From Eledone cirrhosa (taxonomy: Eukaryota): DNA of 64,000 nt. A program made the translations under genes and the position numbers. The stretch is taken from contig OZ024755.1 in NCBI GenBank assembly GCA_964016885.1, positions 36,332,001 through 36,396,000 of the forward strand, in the 5' to 3' direction. Shown here in pieces: positions 53,506-64,000 of the stretch (its first letter is position 1; every line of letters begins with the position of its first letter). Below the pieces are notes generated by a model. The model saw only the letters and a program-made list of their open reading frames with translations. It searched no databases and was not told the DNA's origin.

Positions 53506-53762
53506 TAGCTAATTTTTATTATTAAGCTGCTATTGGAACACAGCACTGGCTTTACATAAACTTATATTAGGAGGTTTTAATCTAGACATGAACGTTTTAA
53601 AAGAAGTTTATGACATAGAATTAGGTACAGTTTTAGGCAGGATTGAACTGACGTGTAAATACAAAATACTTCCAGCTTAAACTAAGAATATTTGAACCTA
53701 AGGCTTCATATTTGCATTTGAAAACATTCGTGTTTAATGTTGAAAACATTCGTGTTTAATAT

Positions 53763-54175
53763 TTAACCCATTAGCATTTAAACCAGCCATATCCAGCCAG
53801 AATTCTCTCACCTTTTTCTGTTCAGCCCAGCCATAACTGGCCACTCATACTGATGGTAAGGTATTGTTCTCAAAATAAATAATATCAAAATCTCATAGAT
53901 TCGATATTATGTGAGACAATTATGAGGTGAAGCCTTTACCATGAAAATATAATAGTAAATGTAGAATTGTTTCTACTTTTGGCACAAGGCCAGCAATTAT
54001 CCCAGTTTATTACTGGTACTTTATTTTATCAACCCCGTAAGGACGAAAGGCAAAGTTAACCTCGGCGGAATTTGAACTCAGATCATAAAGGGCCGTAACT
54101 CTATGCTGCAAAGCATGGTGCCCGACCCTCTACCAATACTGCCAATCCACCGTAAATGTAAATGCTAAAGGGTTA
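53763..54175. mobile_element. MITE-A interrupted by SINE-A (~53965-54151, -)
   Basis: Both TIRs present; SINE motifs inside. Confidence 0.9.
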
Positions 54176-54813
54176 ATGGCCTCTTTATAAACCAGTACCA
54201 TTTTTGGTGTTGGGCACATCGGAATCATCCTTCACTTTCACCTCCACATGTGTGACCCACAATGTGGCTACAATACCTCCACAATGTGGCTACAATACCT
54301 CCACATGTGTGGCTACAATAGAGCAATGAACGGGCCCGGGTGATACCCACTCTCATCACCACAGCCGGTTGTAAATAACAAGGTGCCTCAATACTGTTGG
54401 TTTCCTGTCAAAACTGGAACCCGATAGTCTTGACCCCTATAATGGACAGCCTTTTTCTTATTTCAGGGGGCTAAGTCATTCATATTAGATGCCACATGTT
54501 ATGACACCTTCTCTGATGTTAACCTCATTACTTTAGTCACAAAGCTGGACCCCACCTCCCACAACACAAAGGAACCCTATGAAGTAGAATGGCCAATGCA
54601 GGGGATATTGCTGGTGGTTCTCCATAGCTGTTTCCTTTTTCTACCAATTGCCATTGAGACCTTTCGATGTCCTCGCTCTCTGGACCACCGTCTTCAAGTG
54701 CCAACTTGAAATGAGGGCATCCTGCTTAAGGAAGGAGCCCTGTGAAGTGGAATGGCTAATGCAGGAGATATTGATGGCTATTCTGTGTGGCCATGCTTTC
54801 ACTATTCTGTCCA

Positions 54814-55890
54814 CAAAGTACAGCTGAGATATACCACCCAGCAAGGGTGGTACAGGTTACCCCATCAAGTACAACTGAGATATACCACCCAGCAAGGGAG
54901 TACAGGTTACCCCATCAAAGTACAGCTGAGATATACCACCCAGCAAGGGTGTACAGGTTACCCCAGCAAAGTACAGCTGAGATATACCACCCAGCAAGGG
55001 TGTACAGGTTACCCCAGCAAAGTACAGCTGAGATATACCACCCAGCAAGGGTGTACAGGTTACCCCAGCAAAGTACAGCTGAGATATACCACCCAGCAAG
55101 GGTGTACAGGTTACCCCAGCAAGGAGTGTACAGGTTACCCCACCAAAGTACAGCTGTGATATACCACCCAGCAAGGATGTACAGGTTACCCCAGCAAAGT
55201 ACAGCTGAGATATACCACCCAGCAAGGGTGTACAGGTTACCCCAGCAAGGAGTGTACAGGTTACCCCACCAAAGTACAGCTGTGATATACCACCCAGCAA
55301 GGGTGTACAGGTTACCCCACCAAAGTACAGCTGAGATATACCACCCAGCAAGGGGGGTACAGGTTACCCCAGCAAGGAAGTACAGGTTACCCCACCAAAG
55401 TATAGCTGAGATATACCACCCAGCAAGGGGGTACAGGTTACCCCACCAAGGGGGGTACAGGTTACCCCATTAAAGTACAGCTGAGATATACCACCCAGCA
55501 AGGGTCTATAGGTTACCCCACCAAGGGGGGTACAGGTTACCCCATCAAAGTACAGCTGAGATATACCACTCAGCAAGGGGGTACAGGTTACCCCATCAAA
55601 GTACAGCTGAGATATACCACCCAGCAAGGGGGGTACAGGTTACCCCAACAAGGGAGTACAGGTTACCCCACCAAAGTACAGCTGAGATATACCACCCAGC
55701 AAGGGGGGTACAGGTTACCCCAGCAAGGGAGTACAGGTTACCCCACCAAAGTATAGCTGAGATATACCACCCAGCAAGGGGGTACAGGTTACCCCATCAA
55801 AGTACAGCTGAGATATACCACCCAGCAAGGGAGTACAGGTTACCCCATCAAAGTACAGCTGAGATATACCACCCAGCAAGGGGTGTAGAG
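54814..55890. repeat. 51-bp minisatellite with an optional extra ~25-bp half unit
   Basis: AAAGTACAGCTGAGATATACCACCCAGC plus AAGGGNGTACAGGTTACCCCANC. Confidence 0.95.
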
Positions 55891-56823
55891 ATTAACCCTC
55901 ATTGTCTTTTTCTTTCTTTCATTTTCCCCTTCAACTTATTTTTGTCATTAAGATATTGTAAATGTATTTTGAAAATTGGAAATAAATAAAAATATTGTTA
56001 TCTGTTGATTAAAAAAAAAAAAGAATAACAAGATACTATCAGAATTTCATGGTGAAATACTACAAACATAATTCTATTTAATGCAGATATGTTTTTTTTT
56101 TTAAATATCAGTTTATTTAATTTGCATGTGTAAGCAGATTTTTTATACACCTCAATAAATGTTGTTGCTTTATTCTTTTTTATTTCTACCTGTAATACTG
56201 TTTAACTTCAGCACTTTCCTTCATACGTTTTCCCTTGAATTAAAAATAAGAAAATTAAATGATACCTAATTAACATTCCACAACATTTCTTTCATGTTAC
56301 AACATTTTTCAACAATGGACCTTGATTTTTTTTAGTTGAATGTTCTATAACATTGTCAGCAATTCCTTCTGGTTAGCTAAATTTTGACACATTTAAATCT
56401 GACGTTTTCTTTACATTGGCTTGACTGTTTATCTAATTTATAACTCTTTGTTTATCTTAAAACTCAAATTATATATGATATATTTGTTTTCAGCCCATTA
56501 GCTATCACAGCACTGTTTTTTAAACTCCAACTGCCTTTATACCAAACTCAATACTTAATATTATACATCCACACACACATACATGCACGTGTGTGTGTGT
56601 GTGTGAATGTGACGTCAACAAGAAAAAACAAAACGACAGAACAATACAGTACATTGATGATATATATGTATTGGTTTAACACTTGATATGGTAAGAAAAG
56701 AGTATTAACGTTTCAGGCATTGGTCCTTCATTGAAAAATAGAAAGAGAGATAGAAGATGTACAAAGAAAGAAGAAAGTAAAAAAGGAAACAAAATGGAAA
56801 CTTTTTTTCTCAATAGTAAAATA

Positions 56824-57446
56824 AAGGGTAAAGACCCCTTCTGTCACGAATGACCATAGGATTTGCACCTAGAAAGATTCCCTCCAAGGTACAAATCCGG
56901 GCAAAGTTATTTGTGGAAGACCAGCAGTCACCCATGCATACCAGTCTCCCCTCTCCATGCCACTGATGATGTCCAAAGGTAAGGCAATGGCTGATACAGC
57001 TAGGTACCAGTGGTGTCATAACATACACAATATATACACTATATATTCTTTATATATACTATATATACTCTATATATAGAGTATATATAGTGTATATATA
57101 CACTATATATAGTCTATATTCTTTATATATTCTATATTCTTTATATACACTATATGTAGTGTATATATACACTATATATAGTCTATATATAGTCTATATA
57201 TACACTATATATAGTCTATATATAGTCTATATATACACTATATATGATGATGTCTATGGGAAAAGCAATGGCTGATACAGCTTGGCACCAGTGACGTCGC
57301 AACTCATTTCTACAGTTGAGTAAACTGGAGCAACATGAAATAAAGTGTCTTGCTCAAGGACACAACGCATCACCCGGACCGAGAATCAGACACACAACCT
57401 TCCAATTGCAAGCCCAATGCTCTAACCACCAAGCCATGCACCTTCA
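56824..57446 (-). mobile_element. SINE-B interrupted by a TA-rich tract; 10-bp TSD
   Basis: Matches 34693-35011; TSD TAGTAAAATA at 56814-56823 and 57448-57457. Confidence 0.85.
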
Positions 57447-57588
57447 GTAGTAAAATACATGTGGAGTAAGTCATACACATTGTCCATTAACCCTTTTAAA
57501 TACTTTAGTAACACGATGGTCATTTTCTTTCTTTCTATTCAACCCACACAATGCCAACACTACAGAGCAGTACAAACTCCAACCAGAC

Positions 57589-57690
57589 AAATACAGTGTC
57601 TCTGATCAAATCATCGGAATACTCTGTATTTCGATTTGATCAGACACACACTGTATTTAAGGTCGAGTGACGCAACTGCGAGTGACATAT
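57589..57690. repeat. Fold-back related to the 5' half of the 32224 hammerhead element
   Basis: GTATT(C)..GATTTG.TCAG....ACTGTA.TTAAGGTCGAGTG shared; arms span 57589-57658. Confidence 0.7.
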
Positions 57691-58081
57691 ATGTTTAAAT
57701 ATACATATATATGTATATATATATACATATATATGTATATATATACATATATATATGTATCTATCTATCTATCTATCTAAGGCGGGTAAAATTCCCGAGG
57801 TCCATGGACGAGTTCTCTCCAGCGAGTTCTGTCCCTCATTATCGCTGCCATGTCCTGCATCTCCAACAGACCAGTGTCTGTCCTTAGGGCATCAACATAC
57901 GTTAACCTTGGTCTTCCTCTTCTAGTGTGTCCATGTATATATATATGTATATATATATATATGTATATATATACATATATATGTATGTATATGTATATTT
58001 AAAAATATATATACATATATATATGTATATATACATATATATATACTTCTATATATATACATATATACATATATATACATA

Positions 58082-58122
<41 letters not shown>

Positions 58123-58257
58123 TTATATATATATGTATATATACACATATATATGTATGTATATATACATATATATGTATATTTAAACATATATATACAT
58201 ATATATGTATATATACATATACTTCTATATATATACATATATACATATATATACATA

Positions 58258-58298
<41 letters not shown>

Positions 58299-58331
58299 AT
58301 ATACGTATATAAACAAGTATATATGTATATA

Positions 58332-58672
58332 TCATCATCATCACCATTTTACGTCCGTTCTTCCATGCTAGCATGGGTTAGACGGGTTGTCCTGTTGTGG
58401 GCAGTGTCCGGTCTTGCTTATACGGGAACTGATACTGGCTTGATTTCTACAGCTAGATGCCCTTTTTTTGTTGTGGCACCTCCACAACTACTTTGCAGTG
58501 GAATGATAGGGACCCCAGTCCCTATCATCTCATTTCTACAGCTGAGTAAACTGGAGCAATGTGAAATAAAGTGTCTTGCTCAAGGAAACAACACATCACC
58601 TGCTCCGAGTATTGAACTCACAACCTTTCGATTGCAAGCCCAGTGCTCTAACCACTAAGCCATGTGCCTTCA
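58332..58672 (-). mobile_element. RTE 3' UTR fragment adjacent to a SINE-B head
   Basis: (CAT)n plus CCATGCTAGCATGGG; SINE-B A/B boxes at 58525-58672. Confidence 0.75.
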
Positions 58673-58674
58673 TA

Positions 58675-58773
<99 letters not shown>

Positions 58774-59010
58774 GTATATATATACACACATAAATATATA
58801 TGTATATATATACATGTATATGTATATATATATACATGTATATGTACATACATATATATATACATATATGTATATATATATACATATATATGTATATATA
58901 TATACATGTATATGTACATACATATATATATACATATATGTATATATATATACATATATATGTATATATATATACATGTATATGTACATACATATATATA
59001 TACATATATG

Positions 59011-59042
<32 letters not shown>

Positions 59043-59083
59043 CATACATATATATATATATACATACATATATATATACATAC

Positions 59084-59134
<51 letters not shown>

Positions 59135-59209
59135 CATACATATATATATATACATACATATATATATACATACATATATATATACATACATATATATATA
59201 TATACATAC

Positions 59210-60728
59210 TATTTATTATTGCCCTTCAGGCTATAACAGAGGAGTTCAAGACCGGCTGCTCATGGGAACTCCTATACGCAGATGATCTAACGCTCATAGC
59301 TGAATCAATGACCGAACTAGAGAAGAAATTCCAAATATGGAAGCACGGCCTAGAATCAAAAGGCCTTAAAATTAACCTGGCTAAGACTAAAGTTCTAGTT
59401 TGTATGAAAGAAAATAAGGCGGCGGTCCCTTCTGGGAAATGGCCATGCTCAGTGTGTAGGAAAGGAGTAGGTAGAAACTCCATTTTATGTCCCAAATGCA
59501 AAGTATGGGTGCATAAAAGATGTAGTGGGATCACAGGTAAGCTAACTAAGAACATAGATTTTACATGTGGCCGGTGCTCTGGTGCAATAAGTAGCAGCAA
59601 GTGCCCACAAAATATTAGCTCCTTCAACTGCACAGAGGGTTCTATAGAAATAGTGGACAGCTTCCGTTACCTGGGTGACAAAATCAGCAATGGGGGAAGG
59701 GTGCTCTGAAAGTACAGTAGCTAGAGTCAGAACTGGATGGAAAAAGTTCAGAGAGCTTATACCACTATTAGCCGCTAAATGGTTCTCCCTAAAAATGAAA
59801 GGTAGGTTGTACGATGCCTGCATACGAACAGCATTGTTGCATGGCAGTGAGACCTGGGCATGGTGTGCAGAGGATATACGCAGACTAGAGAGGAACGAAG
59901 CTTGCATGCTCCGCTGGATGTGTAATAGTAATATATGTGAACGGCAAAGCATAAACGAACTAAGGAAAAAAATTAGAAATAAGAGGGATCAGATGTTGTT
60001 TACTCGAGAGAAGGCTACGTTGGTATGGTCACGTGATGCGCATGAAAGACGACAGCTGTATAACAAAGTGCAGGGCAATAAAGATAGATGGTAGCCACAG
60101 AGTAGGCAGACCCAGGAAAACCTGGGACGAGCTGATAAATTCCGACCTCACACACTTACACCTCACCAAGACAATGTCACTGGACCGAGACCTTTGGCAG
60201 TACTCAGTAACAGAGAAGACCTGCCTTACCTAAATACAAAGTAAAACCTACTAGTCGGTAGGCATCTCTAACAAAATACACCCCCGTCCCACCCCATCCA
60301 CACCGCCCCCTTCAATGCAAAGTTATGTTGGTGCCACAACATCCAGGCCGAAACAAATGAGATCGTGTAGGTGTCACGACAAAAAACACACAGTCCACGC
60401 TGTAATGTGGCCGTGTAGGCAACACGGTAAAAACCTCCCAGCCCCACACTGTAAATGTGGTTGGTGTTAGGAAGGGCATCCAGCTGTAGAAAACCCGCCA
60501 AACAGTCCACGCTGTAATGTGGCCGTGTAGGCAACACGGTAAAAACCTCCCAGCCCCACACTGTAAATGTGGTTGGTGTTAGGAAGGGCATCCAGCTGTA
60601 GAAAACCCGCCAGACAGTCCTATGCGAGCAAGACAACCACTCTTGCCTCAAGTGGGAAAACCCCCGTCCAAACCCATGCAAGCGTGGAACACGGACGCTA
60701 AACCCGATGATGATGATGATGATGATGA
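59210..60728 (+). mobile_element. 5'-truncated RTE-type LINE: RT (YADD at 59275-59286), PHD-like finger, C-terminus, 3' UTR with a 112-bp duplication, (GAT)n tail
   Basis: LLYADD, KTKV, FRYLG, LHGSETW, MLRWMC, GRPRKTW motifs; frameshifts near 59697 and 59970. Confidence 0.93.
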
Positions 60729-60799
60729 TATATATACATACATATATATATATATATATATACATATATATGTATATATATACATACATATATAAATAC

Positions 60800-60831
<32 letters not shown>

Positions 60832-60879
60832 CATACATATATATATACATACATATATATACATATATATATATACATA

Positions 60880-60917
<38 letters not shown>

Positions 60918-60927
60918 CATATATATA

Positions 60928-60967
<40 letters not shown>

Positions 60968-61066
60968 CATACATATATATATACGTTATTCCGGGTTGAA
61001 TCGGAGGTAACCACAGTAAGTAAGGTACTCAATACATAGCAGAGTATAACAGTTTTAATATAGATG

Positions 61067-61117
61067 AGATTCTACAGGACTAGAACTGTTTCATTCATTA
61101 GAAATCATCAGGAATCT
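61067..61117 (-). ncRNA. Type I hammerhead ribozyme fold (minus-strand copy)
   Basis: Exact reverse complement of 63032-63082. Confidence 0.78.
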
Positions 61118-61284
61118 GGGTATCAAAAAATAAATATGGTATTTATAGGTCTCTACAAGTGGTAGGAGAGGGTGGGGAGTGGGATGGGTGCAGGTCATTG
61201 GTTGATAGAAAAGGGAATTCATTAAAAGCTAATTCTACAAAGCTATAGTTAATTTTTATTTTTATTTATATTTATGTGTATGTA

Positions 61285-61321
<37 letters not shown>

Positions 61322-61568
61322 TTGTGTGTGTGTGCGTGTATGTGTGTATATGTGTGTGTGTATATATATGTGTATATGTATGTGTTTGTGTGTATGTATA
61401 TGTATATATGTGTGTATGTGTGTGTATTTGTGTGTGTATATGTACACATATATGTGTGTGTATGTATGTATGTATATGTATATGTATATGTATATATATA
61501 TGTATATGTGTATGTATATGTATATATATATATATATATATGTGTATGTGTATGTATATATATGTATA

Positions 61569-61603
<35 letters not shown>

Positions 61604-61670
61604 GTGCATGAGAGAGAGAGTGTGTGTGTATATATATTTTGTGTGTGGGTGTGTGTATGTGTGTATGCGC

Positions 61671-61706
<36 letters not shown>

Positions 61707-61725
61707 GTGTATATGTATATATATG

Positions 61726-61790
<65 letters not shown>

Positions 61791-61889
61791 ATGTATTTGT
61801 GTGTGTATATGTGCGTTATATGTCTGTATATATATGTGTATATTTATGTATAGGTCTGTGTATGTATGTGTATGTTTGTGTATGTATGG

Positions 61890-61927
<38 letters not shown>

Positions 61928-61934
61928 ATAGAGA

Positions 61935-61971
<37 letters not shown>

Positions 61972-61988
61972 ATATATATATATGTATA

Positions 61989-62035
<47 letters not shown>

Positions 62036-62156
62036 ATGTGTGTGTGTATAGGTATTTATACATATGTATACTCGTGTTTGTATGTATGCGTGTGAGTGTA
62101 TTTATTTGTGTATATATGTGTGTGCGTGTGTATGTATGTGTATGTGTGTGTGTATC

Positions 62157-62233
<77 letters not shown>

Positions 62234-62302
62234 GTGTGTGTGTGTGTATGTGTATATATGTATATATATATATATATATATGTGTATATATGTATATGTT
62301 TG

Positions 62303-62339
<37 letters not shown>

Positions 62340-63031
62340 GTATATGTATATGTATATGTATATATATATATATATGTGCGTATGTATATGTGTATATGTA
62401 TTATATATGTATGTGTGTGTACATGAATATATATTTATATATATTTATATATTTTTTATATATGTGTGTATATGTGTTTGTGTGTGTGTTTATGGTTGCG
62501 CGTAAGTGTGTGAGTGAGTATGTGTGTCTTTTTTGTTTTTCTGTTTTTTTGTTTTTTTGTTTTTTTGTGAATGTGTCTGTTGATTTTGGCATATTGTTGA
62601 TTAGTTTAAGAGAAGTTCGAAGATAATAGTAAGATATGCACTCAGTATTTTGAATCTGTCTGCAGAATTCTCTAGACCTTTGTCACTTAGTAGAACCTTA
62701 ATGACTTTAGCTTTTAAAGAATCTCCCTTTTCTTTAATTCTATGGAGCATGACTGACCCCCCACTGATTTTATAGACATCTGTTAGCTTAAGAGAAACTT
62801 ATTGACAAGGAATGGTATGCCATCCGAACCTGTTTATAGAATTCTGTCTGCCTTTGTTACTCTAAAAACATAAATAAATATAAATAAAAATAAAAATTAA
62901 CTATAGCTTTGTAGAATTAGCTTTTAATGAATTCCCTTTTCTATCAACCAATGACCTACACCCATCCCACTCCCCACCCTCTCCTACCACTTGTAGAGAC
63001 CTATAAATACCATATTTATTTTTTGATACCC

Positions 63032-63082
63032 AGATTCCTGATGATTTCTAATGAATGAAACAGTTCTAGTCCTGTAGAATCT
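63032..63082 (+). ncRNA. Type I hammerhead ribozyme fold
   Basis: AGATTC-CTGATGA-TTTC(TAAT)GAAT-GAAACAG-(TTCTAGTC)-CTGTA-GAATCT; stems I/II/III all pair, GUA site. Confidence 0.8.
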
Positions 63083-63094
63083 CATCTATATTAA

Positions 63095-63170
63095 TACATA
63101 TATATGTATATATATACATATATATGTATATATATACATATATATGTATATATATACATATATATGTATG

Positions 63171-63206
<36 letters not shown>

Positions 63207-63262
63207 CATATATATGTATATATATATACATATATATGTATATATATATATACATATATATG

Positions 63263-63304
<42 letters not shown>

Positions 63305-63336
63305 TATATATGTATATATATATATACATATATATG

Positions 63337-63376
<40 letters not shown>

Positions 63377-63428
63377 TATATATGTATATATATACATATA
63401 TATGTATATATATATATACATATATATG

Positions 63429-63462
<34 letters not shown>

Positions 63463-63536
63463 CATACATATATATGTATATATATACATATATATGTATA
63501 TATATACATATATATGTATATATATACATATATATG

Positions 63537-63572
<36 letters not shown>

Positions 63573-63696
63573 CATATATATACATATATATGTATATATA
63601 TATATTGTTATACTTTGGGAGGGTCATGTTGCCAATATATATATATATATATACATATGTATATATGTGTATATATATATATATAAATATACATAT

Positions 63697-63793
<97 letters not shown>

Positions 63794-63924
63794 TACATAT
63801 ATACACTCCTCGTTTGTTCGTGTTTCCACTACAGAATCCCTACCAACCTGTCGAGTCACCTTAACGTATGTTGAGAACTTTCCTCACAACTTGTTCTACC
63901 AAGCTTTGGAATACTCCTAATAAC

Positions 63925-63966
<42 letters not shown>

Positions 63967-64000
63967 TATATGTATATATGTATATAAATATATATATATA
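63095..64000. repeat. Interrupted (TA)n tract
   Basis: Read directly. Confidence 0.95.

Larger units (their letters stand above)
61055..63094. repeat. 221-bp near-perfect inverted repeat (61055-61275 / 62874-63094) around a 1.6-kb mostly microsatellite spacer
   Basis: I found one mismatch between the arms. Confidence 0.93.

Noticed and set aside
54180-54813. GC-richer segment, possibly a decayed LINE end
   Set aside because: Could not recover diagnostic motifs
54814-55890. CRISPR-like appearance of this and other arrays (44265, 46975, 50255)
   Set aside because: No unique spacers, no cas genes, eukaryotic context
62600-62870. Short, mostly open minus-strand frame next to the inverted-repeat arm, possibly a PLE ORF piece
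   Set aside because: No RT or GIY-YIG motif recognisable; contains a stop

Overview
AT-rich, microsatellite-saturated eukaryotic DNA with no host protein-coding exon that I can support. It reads as intronic or intergenic sequence; the repeat content suggests an octopus or other coleoid cephalopod, which is an inference. Nearly all supplied ORFs are artefacts of (TA)n/(CA)n/(GGT)n/(GAT)n tracts or minisatellites. The real content is: about 18 copies of a tRNA-derived SINE, V-domain-like SINEs, about 14 copies of a TTAA-flanked piggyBac-type MITE, decayed RTE/CR1/Vingi LINEs, mariner/pogo/hAT remnants, a non-autonomous Helitron and many minisatellites, several visibly born inside TEs. The most striking signal is a set of fold-back elements embedded in (TA)n tracts that carry type I hammerhead ribozyme folds. 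Three have intact cores and full stems (63032-63082 +, 61067-61117 -, 32224-32327 +) and share a U.U pair at the base of stem II. They are most simply pLTR remnants of Penelope-like elements or retrozyme-like elements. Coordinates were read by eye and may be off by a few bases.
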